Below are positions 12,122 through 22,183 of a stretch of DNA of 64,000 bases, piece after piece. The position numbers were made by a program, and so were the translations under genes. The stretch is from an uncultured bacterium (lineage in GTDB: Bacteria > JAGOEH01), in contig CAZWDO010000001.1 in NCBI GenBank assembly GCA_964632485.1, positions 1 to 64,000 of the forward strand. Direction: 5' to 3'. The notes below the pieces were generated by a model. It was not told the origin of the DNA and ran no database searches. It worked only from the letters and a program-made list of their open reading frames with translations. Each line of letters starts with the position of its first letter. The first letter of the stretch is position 1.

Positions 12122-12613
12122 ATGCGGCTTCTTCTTGTTCTCATCATAATTTTTAGTTTGATAATTTCCTGCGCGCCCACTCTGAGGTTCGATCAGACGT
12201 GTGTCAATTGCATTAAATCGCAGCGATTGCTCTGCAAGGGAGATGAATGCCCCAGTACCTTCCTTGACGGGGCTGATTGTATTGTGTCTATTATTGAAAC
12301 CGGTGAGAATATTTATTTGAATCTTATTTTGAAGAAGGAAGGCATCGGCTTGAAAGAAAATATACCGATTTGTATAGCGAAGGCTAATGGTAAATTCTTT
12401 TTATGCGGGGAAAAGTTTAAGAATTTATGGATACTGTATCCCAAAATCAATAACAAAGCAAAATTTTTTCCTATCGAACTGACTTCCGGGGAAATTAAAA
12501 AACCAGTCTTTTCCTTCAACAAGAACTTGCTTCAATTGAAGGGCGATAATTTGAAAAAGAAAACGTATATAATAGATCCTGAATCGAACGAACTGACAGA
12601 AATCGAAAAATAA
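12122..12613 (+). CDS. Cys-rich putative lipoprotein, unknown function
   Basis: Strong RBS gggaggtg; hydrophobic leader ending in lipobox 'LIISC'; CxxC plus further Cys. Confidence 0.75.
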   Translation: MRLLLVLIIIFSLIISCAPTLRFDQTCVNCIKSQRLLCKGDECPSTFLDGADCIVSIIETGENIYLNLILKKEGIGLKENIPICIAKANGKFFLCGEKFKNLWILYPKINNKAKFFPIELTSGEIKKPVFSFNKNLLQLKGDNLKKKTYIIDPESNELTEIEK

Positions 12614-12627
12614 TCCGGGGGGTGAAC

Positions 12628-13968
12628 ATGAAGAAAAATGTTGTTGTATTTGTGTTGTTTATTCTGATGTTGAGCATCGCAGCCTGGGCTCAAACGACTG
12701 AAGATTATCAGAGTTGGCAGTTAAAAATTCAATCCATATTGGACAAGGATATGTTAAGCGATACTGATAACGCTTTCCTTGAAAATGAGTTGAAAAAATC
12801 CGAAACGAGATTCGGCGGTAATCATAAGCAGACGGTAAAAAGTAAGAATAGAGAAATTCGAAAAAAAATTGAGGAGGTGAAAAGATATAGCGATCCGGGA
12901 CTTGATAAAAAAATCGAAGTCCTTGTTCAAAAAATTGATGCTATCAGTAAAAAAGTTCAGCAGTATCAGCAAACAATAGATTCCCTTGAACGAGACAATA
13001 CTCGTAGTAAACGAAAAATATCCGAATTGGATAATTTAATTGATAAATATGAACATTCGAGGAAAAGCATCGATTCCCTGTTGGAGCAATTTATTGCCAT
13101 TATGCCGAAAGCAGATGAAGAAGCGCTTTCAAGCGGGTCTTCAGGGTTTATCGATACTCAGGCGAAAATATTTAGTAATCTTTGCAAGTATTTGCAGTTG
13201 TTATCTGAAAACATTGGCTTATCTTTAAAGGTTCTACGCAGCGATAATGAATCGTTAGCGGGATATCGGGAAACATATCAGCGGAATCGCCATTATCCTG
13301 ATTTTCTGGAAAAATACATAAAACAGCGGGACAAACTTAAAGCCGATAACAATTTGTTAACTAAAGCTCCTTGTATTCATAAGCATCTACCGCTGATTGA
13401 AAGCCGGATCGACTCTATGAAGCAATTCATCGAAGGCGATTCAGATCCAACGGCGCCAGGTCTATGGCGCATTTTTTCAGCTTATCTCAAGGGCGCTTTC
13501 AAGGTTTCCGGAATGCCATTACTGATTGTGATCGTCACTCTGGGGGCGCTCGCCATCGTATTGTTGAGCGCGCGAATATTCATGAAACCCGAATTGATCA
13601 TCTCCTACCAATTATATGAAATGAACCCAAAATCATTTGTCGCCGGCATCGACCAATTCAGAAAAACCAAATTCATGATTCCGGATGACCCCGAAAAAGG
13701 CCAGTTTTTTAGAGTCAATTATCCGGTTTTTAAAAATACTCTTAATCGGCTTCGGAAAAAGCAGCGCCTTTATGAACTGGTTCCAAATGCAGCGGTTGAA
13801 CTGGAAAACGGCAATATGGATTATCATTTAAAGCGGATTGAACTGCCGTTTCAGGATGAGGAATATTATGTTGAATTCAGATCGGTTCGCGATGACAAAA
13901 ACTATCGGTTGACGATTAAAATTGAAGAATTTAATTTAAATTTCAATGATGTGGAAGCGGAGGGATAA
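12628..13968 (+). CDS. Single-pass membrane protein: signal peptide, long extracytoplasmic coiled coil, TM helix, ~125-aa cytoplasmic tail
   Basis: MKKNVVVFVLFILMLSIAAWA|Q; heptad-rich 'IEVLVQKIDAISKKVQQYQQTIDSLERD...'; TM 'LLIVIVTLGALAIVLLSA'. Confidence 0.75.
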   Translation: MKKNVVVFVLFILMLSIAAWAQTTEDYQSWQLKIQSILDKDMLSDTDNAFLENELKKSETRFGGNHKQTVKSKNREIRKKIEEVKRYSDPGLDKKIEVLVQKIDAISKKVQQYQQTIDSLERDNTRSKRKISELDNLIDKYEHSRKSIDSLLEQFIAIMPKADEEALSSGSSGFIDTQAKIFSNLCKYLQLLSENIGLSLKVLRSDNESLAGYRETYQRNRHYPDFLEKYIKQRDKLKADNNLLTKAPCIHKHLPLIESRIDSMKQFIEGDSDPTAPGLWRIFSAYLKGAFKVSGMPLLIVIVTLGALAIVLLSARIFMKPELIISYQLYEMNPKSFVAGIDQFRKTKFMIPDDPEKGQFFRVNYPVFKNTLNRLRKKQRLYELVPNAAVELENGNMDYHLKRIELPFQDEEYYVEFRSVRDDKNYRLTIKIEEFNLNFNDVEAEG

Positions 13969-13969
13969 C

Positions 13970-16531
13970 ATGAGAAATTTCTTTGTGGTATGTATTGGCG
14001 GTACCGGTATTTCTATCGGCAATTCGATTAAAAATCGTATCTGGGCCTTTCGCAAGGCTCACGAATTGAAAAAGGCCGATTTGGGGTTTAATATTGAATT
14101 CCTCTTTTTCGATACGACATCCGATACAGCCAATGATAAGCCGGGAAAAACTTTAGAAGAGGGCATGAACAAGATTTTTCGTGTAGAAACTGATGATTTT
14201 ATCAATTTGGGCGGTGTATTTGGGGATGATCCCATTTTCAATTATGAGAATATTGTCAAGGGGGGATTGGTCAGCCTCCGTAACGCCCTCAAGGCCGGGG
14301 CCGGCGGTTTGACCCCCAGCCACGCGCGGGCGGCGTTGATCTATCGTTTCAGAAATCACAATGGTGTCAATATCCAAAAAACCATCGAGACTAAAATCGC
14401 CTCCCTGGTCTCCAACCTCAGCGCCAATGATGAACTCTACTTGTTTGTCTGCACGAGTCTTTATGGATCTTCCGGCATTGGCGCCTGTATCGATTTACCA
14501 TATTATCTCAGTCATGCCTTTGATGAATCCTTGCGTAAGAATAACAAGAACAATTCCCTGAAGCGAGTGGGCGTTTATATTATCCCTGACCAAACTCTTT
14601 TGGAATCCTTGAACAGCCCGGCGGATTTACATGAAAAGGGCGGACGCGCCCTCATCGCTATGGAAGAAATGCTGCCCAAGGCCATGCATCCGCTTTGGAT
14701 TTACGAATCGCCGATCGTCAACAAGAAAATGCTGGTTTCCGACCTGTTTGATTTTCTTTATGTGCTCGACCCGAAATATGATGCCAAGGGAAAAGCTGAA
14801 AAGCTGTATGATCCGACGAATATCGGCATCGATCCCAATCGCAAGGAATCCTCCATGGTAATCGTCCCCGCTGAGTTCGTGTATAATGCCATCATCAATA
14901 AGGGGTTTTCCGATCAGGCTTTTTCCGCCAACGCCTTTCAAAGCGCCTTGGAGGCTAAGACCAATGCCATCAAGATGAAACCGGATTCGTTTCCCTATTT
15001 TAATTCTTTTGGCATGCTGGTCAATCGCCAGGATGAGGAATTGACATATTTGAGCTATTATTATGAAACGATTCAAAAAGTGCATGACAAACTGGTCAAT
15101 ACCACCCAACCTTCGATCATCGCGCGCAACCTCGACGAATTGATCAGCCTGGTAAAAAAACGCGTGAAGGAATACTCGAAAAGTTTCGGTCTTGAGACGA
15201 TTTCCCAGAAAATTATCGAAGATGTCAAGGTGTTCTTCAGGGAAAAGGCCGGACGTGAAACAATTTGTCTGGATAAGATCATTGAAATCCTGGATAATGT
15301 TTCCATCAGCGATTATGGGTTTTCTCTGAATTCGGAAGTCAAGAAAATTTATACGATTGTAAAGAATCGCATCAAAGAGTATTCAACTGAACTGAAGAAA
15401 ATCAATCAGGATTACAAGAATTCTTTGAAAGCTTTGAAATCCGAATATGAACGTTTCATCACCATAAAAAATGAAATCACCAGCCATTCTCTAAAATACA
15501 TCAACATCGATTTGCTGGATTATCATTATGATAAAAATGATCTAAGCGCCAGTCTGAAAACAATAGTCGGCGAATTTCTCAATTGTAATCCGCGCTTCAG
15601 GATTTCCGACGGCATCCATATCCGCAGTCCGTTTAATGTTATGGAAAATAAAACCGCCACGCATTACGGGAAGTATGTTTATCCGGATATCCATCTTTCA
15701 CTGGAAACCGGTCAGCAACCCCGTTTGGCATGCAGTTACCCGGCTAATCTGATTAACCGCCCGGACGATGAACTACAATCCGAAAATGTTCTGTTGAAAA
15801 TCTATACCAGCATCAAGTTTACCGATCTTCAGTTATTCAAGTACAATACCAGCAATGGCGCGCTCAATGCCAAACTGTATGATCCGAACAATGGAATAGA
15901 ACTAACGCCGGATTGGAAGGATAAGTTTCTGATTTTAAACAGTTTCACCGAGGTGGAGCCCAGAACGATCAGCAATATTTACAATGAAATTGCGATTGTC
16001 GCGGATGGCGGAGTGAAGTACTTGATGCTGCAAGGATTGAGGACAACCATCATGCAGAATCTCGATGCATTTATCGAAACAATTTATACTGATGATTATT
16101 TGGCGGCGATTAAAAGTAAACTTCCTTATGAAAACTCACGGTTACGGGATGTTTTCAAGAATCTGATCAGCATCAGCCCTTTGCATAAGCATACGCTGGA
16201 CACTTTGTCGGGTTTGATCAATCTCAGCCGCGATGAAAGCGCGCGTTTCATCAAAGTGATGCGAAAAAATGACAGATACTTTCATCTTTGGTTCGACCCG
16301 TGGGAGAATTTTTTCGCCATTCCCACATATTCGAAATTGTTGGGAGTGGACATTAACGATCGGCTCAATCATACCATCTGTATCGGATTGATGTGCGAAG
16401 GCTGTAAAAATTGGGGTTTTTTGCCCATGTTGGGCAAGCATTGGTGCCAGTCCCAAACCGCTGTTCCGGAATGGAATAATCCGGATCAACTGGATGATTC
16501 AGCGAAAAGCGCATACAATTGTTTTTATTGA
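13970..16531 (+). CDS. Divergent FtsZ/tubulin-like GTPase (Tubulin_2/FtsZl-like) with long helical C-terminal region
   Basis: 'VVCIGGTG' (T1 loop), 'FLFFDT', 'AGAGG' (T3-like), 'CTSLYGSSGIG' at the position of the S-x-x-GGTGSG signature, 'VGVYIIPD'; ATG 1 nt after the upstream stop, RBS ggaggg. Confidence 0.75.
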   Translation: MRNFFVVCIGGTGISIGNSIKNRIWAFRKAHELKKADLGFNIEFLFFDTTSDTANDKPGKTLEEGMNKIFRVETDDFINLGGVFGDDPIFNYENIVKGGLVSLRNALKAGAGGLTPSHARAALIYRFRNHNGVNIQKTIETKIASLVSNLSANDELYLFVCTSLYGSSGIGACIDLPYYLSHAFDESLRKNNKNNSLKRVGVYIIPDQTLLESLNSPADLHEKGGRALIAMEEMLPKAMHPLWIYESPIVNKKMLVSDLFDFLYVLDPKYDAKGKAEKLYDPTNIGIDPNRKESSMVIVPAEFVYNAIINKGFSDQAFSANAFQSALEAKTNAIKMKPDSFPYFNSFGMLVNRQDEELTYLSYYYETIQKVHDKLVNTTQPSIIARNLDELISLVKKRVKEYSKSFGLETISQKIIEDVKVFFREKAGRETICLDKIIEILDNVSISDYGFSLNSEVKKIYTIVKNRIKEYSTELKKINQDYKNSLKALKSEYERFITIKNEITSHSLKYINIDLLDYHYDKNDLSASLKTIVGEFLNCNPRFRISDGIHIRSPFNVMENKTATHYGKYVYPDIHLSLETGQQPRLACSYPANLINRPDDELQSENVLLKIYTSIKFTDLQLFKYNTSNGALNAKLYDPNNGIELTPDWKDKFLILNSFTEVEPRTISNIYNEIAIVADGGVKYLMLQGLRTTIMQNLDAFIETIYTDDYLAAIKSKLPYENSRLRDVFKNLISISPLHKHTLDTLSGLINLSRDESARFIKVMRKNDRYFHLWFDPWENFFAIPTYSKLLGVDINDRLNHTICIGLMCEGCKNWGFLPMLGKHWCQSQTAVPEWNNPDQLDDSAKSAYNCFY

Positions 16532-16570
16532 ATTTACTCGACCTGATTTAATTGTAATGGAGCGCTGACA

Positions 16571-19500
16571 ATGCCTCTTCATGTTTTCCGACATAGCGAT
16601 TTTGATTACACGCATGAACGGATGGCTTTTTATCGGATGGTCGATCTGCTCGACAACCATTTTTCCCGACGGGAAACCATTTGTTTGCTGGCAAATGCTC
16701 AAGTCGTGGATGGCAAGAAAAAAGTCAGCCCCGATATGATTATTTTCAAAAAAGACGCCATCGCTGTAATAGAAATGAAGTCATGGATCGGACAGGTTAA
16801 GTTTCCGACCGAAGATGAAGATAAATATAATTGGGATAATTGGGAATTAGAGCATGAAAATAAAAAAATCCCTCTTGAAGCTTCCAGAACCCCAATTTGG
16901 CAGCTCGATAACAATACGGCATGTTTTGTTGACTTTCTTACTCAAAGCGAAGCCGCTTTCGCTGATGAAATAAGCCAGGGTTCCTTATGGGGATTAACCA
17001 GTAAGGTGCTGCTTTTTTCGGAAGATGACAGTTCCTTTTTCAATGCAGCTCCTCCATTGTACTGGGATAATACGTATGTTTGCAAATTGTGGAATAAAAC
17101 GGATCCCAGATTTGATTTTTGTAAAGTTATTGAAAGTTTAACCACAAAAGCCAGGCATCGGAAAAAAGATAGTCGAACACAAATTTGTCTAACTGAAAAT
17201 GCTATTTTGAAGATTGCCGGATTATTAGACGCCCCGGAAGTGTCGCTGGAATTGCTCAAGAGAGAGCGTTTGCGCTGTGAAGAAGACTTTTTTATCAATC
17301 CCGGATATGGTTATATCAGCATTATCGCCAACTCCAAGAAAAAAATCAATGAATTGAGCCCGGGATTAGTTCCCGTCAATTCCGCCTACAAAGGCGCGCC
17401 TTTGCCTGTTCGATTGATCGCCTATTACCGTTCATGCCTCATGGTCGAATCCATGCTTAGTTCCTTGTTGGTTTTCGATAAACACTCCACTTATTATCCG
17501 ATTGAATCCTCAAACAATCTTTTTTTCGATCGTGGCGATAAATTCCTCCTTCCCAAAAATGAAATCCCATCCGGGTTTTTTCAAAATCCCAATTCCTTGG
17601 TTTACGGTTATTTTTTCATTGTCTCCAGGAGTATTTTCAGATCGAAGCTTCAATGGGAGGGATGCCCTCTTTTTACCACTCGCGTACGTTTGGAGGAGAT
17701 CGGCGAGCATTATATTTGCAATCCATTGGTGCGTGATGAATTGACAATTAATCCATACGCTCTGAAAAGGATTGAGAAATTCAAATATTATTCGGATGAA
17801 GAAATTAAAAACTATATTACCGATAAAGAAAAAATTGTTGATATAGGTGAGCGAATAGAGAGTGTATTGAAGGATATTCAGATTGAGATGCCTGTCAATT
17901 TCAATGAAAATAGAAAATTTGAATACAAGTATCTTAGTGAAGGGCTATTGCCTGTTTCCATTATTTTTATATCGACGACAGGTTTTTATACCCATGTTAT
18001 CCGTGATCTGGAGAAAATCGAAAACGACTGGACTGATTGTCTGAAGCAAGGAAATTGGCCGGAGGATATTGCTTGGTCTTTTTTAAATGGGATCGAAGCA
18101 AGCGAATTGACATATAAATGGGCGCCGCATGAGCTAAGCATTGTGGGAGCCAATTACGAGCAATCCAAGGCTATTTCTTTGTCTCTGAACAAAAAGAACA
18201 AGCTTCAGATAATATCTGGTCCCCCGGGAACCGGAAAATCCCAAGTGATTATCAATATTGCCGCCAATTGCCATGCTGCAAAGCAAAAATTATTGTTTTC
18301 AAGCTACAATAATGTGGCTGTCAATAATGTTGTTGATCGCTTGAACTCAATTTTCGCGGATTTGCCGCCGATAATGCTTCGAACCGGCACTCAGGATGAG
18401 AATGAACGGACAATCGAAAAATTGGATCGATGTCAGGCGCCTAAGTCCCAAAATAAGGCAGAGGTGTTTTCAGCGCTTGAGAGAATTAGCGCGATCAATA
18501 CTCAATTAAGCGCAATTCAGCAAAAATATCAACAATATGAGAAATTGACTGATGAGTTCGAAAAAATCCAAAATCAAATCAGACAGTTAAAAGATCAGCA
18601 TTCTTTGATTTTTTTTCGCATTGATTGGTATAATGAGCCAATCAGCGCTCTTAAGTGGATCGATGAGTGGCAAATTCTATACGATTCGTTGCTTTCCTCT
18701 CGCAGTGAAATCGTGAAACTGACCGATGATATGAATTTTATCCTTAAAGAGCATTCCTATCTGAATTCGATAAACTGGTGGGCGCCCTTTCAGCAAAATC
18801 TTAATTTGGATGCCTGGAAGCAAGCTATTCATCGTTTTGAACTGGTTATACAGCATTCCGTCAATTTTTTACGTCGGTTTCGCATCATAAAGAAAAACAA
18901 ATTCTCGCTAAGGCATGCTTTGACAAAAAAACGATTTGTCGCTTTTTTTCATAATCTGGTAAATATACGTTTAAGCGAAGAATTGCCGGTTTTTCTTTTA
19001 CAACTGCTCGGAAAAAAAATAATTCCTGATTTGAATTGTCTATATCCAATAGTCGAACAATTGCAAGAATTGAATTCGCGCATGGCCAAAATTGTTTGTC
19101 ATTTTGGACAGAATAGATTAATGAATCAGGAATTTGAATTGATTGAATATAGGCAAAGTCTTGAATATATATACTCAAGGTTAAAAACCGGTTTATTTCC
19201 ATTTGATATCTCGTTTCTATATTCAGAAGATACCCGGGATGATTTGAGTATTCTCAATTTTTTAAAAGCTGTTAAAGCTTGTTTTGAAGATTATCGAAGG
19301 GTACAAATGGAATTGAGCTCAATTTCGGAAACCGAGTTGCTTGACAAGTGGGAAAGATTGAATCAGGAAAAACTTATTTATTCCCTTAAGATTCTCCAAG
19401 ATCAAGCTGACTATAAAAATCTGAACGATGTGATCTCTGGAATTAAAAATTCCTTGTCGGGAAATATCAAGATGACAAACGATGCCATGAAATTGTTCCC

Positions 19501-20440
19501 GGTCTATTCCACTACCAGTTTACTCACAGGAAAATATATTTCTCTGAGTGCCGGCATATATGATCTTGCTGTCATCGATGAAGCCTCACAATCTGATGTT
19601 GGATCGTTTTTGCCGGTTTTGTATCGCTCCAGGCGATGTGCCGTTATTGGAGATGAAATGCAATTAACGCCAATTATTACACTGCCGAAGGAAATCGATG
19701 CAAAGCTGGCGTTTTCATTTTCGTTGTCCGAGGATGAATTTCAACGGTTCGGATATTCAAATGTCAGCATGTTGGATCTGGCGTGCGATCGAATTATTCG
19801 GGCTAATGGGCGACGTGTTTTGTTGCGCAATCATTATCGTTGCCACCCGAATATTATTGAGTTCAGTAATCGCTTTTTTTATGGCAATCTGCTGCGGATT
19901 TGCACGTTGGATGAAAATCAACATGGAATTTTCTGGCATGAAGTTGATGGAAAATCTTATGAACGTTGGTATAATCCGGATGAAATCAAAGAAATCGGCA
20001 GAATCGTCCATCATCTGCTATTAAAGCGACAATATCGCCATGATGAAATTGGCGTTGTAACTCCGTTCCGGTTGCAAGCGGAACGAACTATCGAGGAACT
20101 TCGTTCTAACAATTTATATTCGGGTGAAAATGGCGCGATTACGGTTTCCACGGCTCACAGGTTTCAGGGAAGCGAGCGAAAGGTCATGATTTTTTCACTT
20201 GTGATTGGCGATAAAATGCCAGAATCGACTGTCAATTGGATTCACGATAGTAGAAGCAGTTCGAAAAACCTGTTGAATGTTGCCTTGACTCGCGCGCAAA
20301 GACAGTTGATAATTGTGGGAAATAGAAGCCGTTGTATCTCTGCCGGAGGTTTGCTGCGTTCTTTGGCGGAATATGTCGCTCGAATCGATAGTAAGCGAAA
20401 CAATGAATTCTCCCTTGACAAATCTTTAATAATGACTTAA
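16571..20440 (+). CDS. NERD nuclease fused to a Upf1/DNA2-like superfamily 1 helicase
   Basis: NERD 'HE...N...PDMIIF..DAIAVIEMK'; helicase motifs GPPGTGKS, DEASQ, GDEMQL, HYRCHP, VVTPFRLQ, TAHRFQGSE, NVALTRA. Confidence 0.88.
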   Translation: MPLHVFRHSDFDYTHERMAFYRMVDLLDNHFSRRETICLLANAQVVDGKKKVSPDMIIFKKDAIAVIEMKSWIGQVKFPTEDEDKYNWDNWELEHENKKIPLEASRTPIWQLDNNTACFVDFLTQSEAAFADEISQGSLWGLTSKVLLFSEDDSSFFNAAPPLYWDNTYVCKLWNKTDPRFDFCKVIESLTTKARHRKKDSRTQICLTENAILKIAGLLDAPEVSLELLKRERLRCEEDFFINPGYGYISIIANSKKKINELSPGLVPVNSAYKGAPLPVRLIAYYRSCLMVESMLSSLLVFDKHSTYYPIESSNNLFFDRGDKFLLPKNEIPSGFFQNPNSLVYGYFFIVSRSIFRSKLQWEGCPLFTTRVRLEEIGEHYICNPLVRDELTINPYALKRIEKFKYYSDEEIKNYITDKEKIVDIGERIESVLKDIQIEMPVNFNENRKFEYKYLSEGLLPVSIIFISTTGFYTHVIRDLEKIENDWTDCLKQGNWPEDIAWSFLNGIEASELTYKWAPHELSIVGANYEQSKAISLSLNKKNKLQIISGPPGTGKSQVIINIAANCHAAKQKLLFSSYNNVAVNNVVDRLNSIFADLPPIMLRTGTQDENERTIEKLDRCQAPKSQNKAEVFSALERISAINTQLSAIQQKYQQYEKLTDEFEKIQNQIRQLKDQHSLIFFRIDWYNEPISALKWIDEWQILYDSLLSSRSEIVKLTDDMNFILKEHSYLNSINWWAPFQQNLNLDAWKQAIHRFELVIQHSVNFLRRFRIIKKNKFSLRHALTKKRFVAFFHNLVNIRLSEELPVFLLQLLGKKIIPDLNCLYPIVEQLQELNSRMAKIVCHFGQNRLMNQEFELIEYRQSLEYIYSRLKTGLFPFDISFLYSEDTRDDLSILNFLKAVKACFEDYRRVQMELSSISETELLDKWERLNQEKLIYSLKILQDQADYKNLNDVISGIKNSLSGNIKMTNDAMKLFPVYSTTSLLTGKYISLSAGIYDLAVIDEASQSDVGSFLPVLYRSRRCAVIGDEMQLTPIITLPKEIDAKLAFSFSLSEDEFQRFGYSNVSMLDLACDRIIRANGRRVLLRNHYRCHPNIIEFSNRFFYGNLLRICTLDENQHGIFWHEVDGKSYERWYNPDEIKEIGRIVHHLLLKRQYRHDEIGVVTPFRLQAERTIEELRSNNLYSGENGAITVSTAHRFQGSERKVMIFSLVIGDKMPESTVNWIHDSRSSSKNLLNVALTRAQRQLIIVGNRSRCISAGGLLRSLAEYVARIDSKRNNEFSLDKSLIMT

Positions 20441-20508
20441 TTAATATATGGAAGCCCCGCCATTCTGCGCCATTCCGGGAAAGCGAGAATTTTTCATTTT
20501 TGTCCATA

Positions 20509-20534
20509 GATTCCGGATCAAGTCCGGAATGACG
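20509..20534. repeat. CGTC-type REP palindrome
   Basis: gattccggatcaagtccggaatgacg. Confidence 0.85.
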
Positions 20535-20577
20535 GGCAGGGTGAGGGGGCAGGGGGAAGGGGTATTAACGCCGGACC

Positions 20578-22107
20578 TCAGCCGATAAGCCAGTCGGCGA
20601 TATTGCGCGCTTCCCGCGAAAAGCCAATCCCTACCTTCACCAACTCCCGGACGTCCGATTGATACGGCTGCGCGTAGCCCTGCTCTTCAATCTGTTTCAA
20701 GGCCTCCTCCGACGATCCCATTTTGAACTCCATAACATAAATCCGCTCTTTCGTCTCCACCACCGCATCGATCCGCCCACGATGGGTCTGCACCTCGCAG
20801 GCCAGACGAACTCCTACCAGCTTCAGCGCAATATAGATCACCGATTGATAGTAGTATTCCAACTGATCAATAAATATCTGATAAGGGATAGAGGCAAAAA
20901 GGGAGCGCAAGGCCTGGATGAAAGATTCCATATCGCCGCTCTTCAGGGAGTCTTCCATACCGAAGATCAAGCTTCCGGTTTCGCTCTGAACCCGGTGACT
21001 ATAGGCTTCCAGCAGGTTGCTCAGCAAGGACACCCGCACCTCTTCGTTGGGATAGGAGAGATAATAACGGCCCGATTCGGCATCATATTCCTTGATGGTC
21101 AGATACCCAGTCTGGAACAGCAGGGAATAGATATCCAGCCGCCGCAACTCAAACTTATCGAAAAAGGCCTGGCTGACCGCCAGTCGGGAGAGCTTCTCCA
21201 CGTCAATCTGCTGATCCCGGATCGCTTCTGTCAGGAAGGTCGGCGTGCCGGTGGTAAACCAGAAATTCCGAAAATCCAGTTCCGCAAAAAGATTCAGGAT
21301 GGAAAAGGGATTATAAACAAACTGCCGACCATCCCAACTATAGCCGTTGTACCACCAGCGGATTTTCTCGTCGAGAGCTTTTCGGCTCAACTTGCTCTCA
21401 TCGCTCAACCTCCGCAGATATTCGTCGAAATAGCTTTCAATTTCCGATTCCGTATAACCCAACAACTGCGAATAATCCCTGGAAAGCGTCAGATCGCGCA
21501 AATTGTTCAGATCGCTGAAGATGGAAACCTTGCTGAATTTGGAGACCCCGGTCACGAATACGAAACGCAGACGCTCATCCAGTCCCTTGATCCCGGAATA
21601 GAAGTTTTTCAGGATATCGCGGTTGGCTTCGGCTTGGTCGATATCGGTCAGGTAGTCGATGATCGGCTTGTCGTACTCGTCGATCAGCAAAACTACGTTG
21701 GCCTGTTGGGAAAGCTCTTTCACCATGTCTATCAAAATATCCTTGGGGTCGCTGCAGTTCAGCTTGAGTTGATATTCATCCGCTATATGATTGAGATAGA
21801 TTTCCAGGCCTCTGGAAAGTCCATGAACTTTGTAATTGATTTGCGAATAATCGATATGGATCACCGGATGAACCGGCCAATCCATTTTATCGTAAATCCA
21901 GGTTTCGCGGAACAATTCGCGGTTCCCAGTGAAGATTTCCTTGAGGGTGGAAACCAGCAGGGATTTGCCGAAGCGCCGCGGTCGGGACAGGAAGTAATAT
22001 CCGGCGGAAGTCACCAATTGATAGATTATGGGAGTTTTATCCACATAGATAAACCCTTCAGAGATTAATTTTGAAAAGGATTGGATGCCGATGCCGAGTT
22101 TCTTCAT
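20578..22107 (-). CDS. AAA-ATPase-like protein with PD-(D/E)XK (PDDEXK_9-type) C-terminal nuclease domain
   Basis: 'GIQSF...YVDKT...FLSRPRRFGKSL', 'LLIDEYDKP', 'WYNGY', 'GRIDAVVE...MEFK'. Confidence 0.92.
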   Translation of the reverse strand: MKKLGIGIQSFSKLISEGFIYVDKTPIIYQLVTSAGYYFLSRPRRFGKSLLVSTLKEIFTGNRELFRETWIYDKMDWPVHPVIHIDYSQINYKVHGLSRGLEIYLNHIADEYQLKLNCSDPKDILIDMVKELSQQANVVLLIDEYDKPIIDYLTDIDQAEANRDILKNFYSGIKGLDERLRFVFVTGVSKFSKVSIFSDLNNLRDLTLSRDYSQLLGYTESEIESYFDEYLRRLSDESKLSRKALDEKIRWWYNGYSWDGRQFVYNPFSILNLFAELDFRNFWFTTGTPTFLTEAIRDQQIDVEKLSRLAVSQAFFDKFELRRLDIYSLLFQTGYLTIKEYDAESGRYYLSYPNEEVRVSLLSNLLEAYSHRVQSETGSLIFGMEDSLKSGDMESFIQALRSLFASIPYQIFIDQLEYYYQSVIYIALKLVGVRLACEVQTHRGRIDAVVETKERIYVMEFKMGSSEEALKQIEEQGYAQPYQSDVRELVKVGIGFSREARNIADWLIG

Positions 22108-22113
22108 ACAGGT

Positions 22114-22141
22114 AATATAGGCGATTTCGATTAAAATGCAA
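22114..22141 (-). promoter_or_regulatory. Promoter of an apparently leaderless AAA-ATPase transcript
   Basis: Minus strand TTGCAT-N16-TATATT-N6-ATG; no SD. Confidence 0.55.
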
Positions 22142-22183
22142 GAAAAAAAAGATGGAGTTCAGAATGACGCTGGCGGCGCCCAT

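Noticed and set aside
20659-22068. 469-aa ORF antisense to the AAA-ATPase gene
   Set aside because: Codon-aligned shadow of a well-supported gene; no motifs or RBS.
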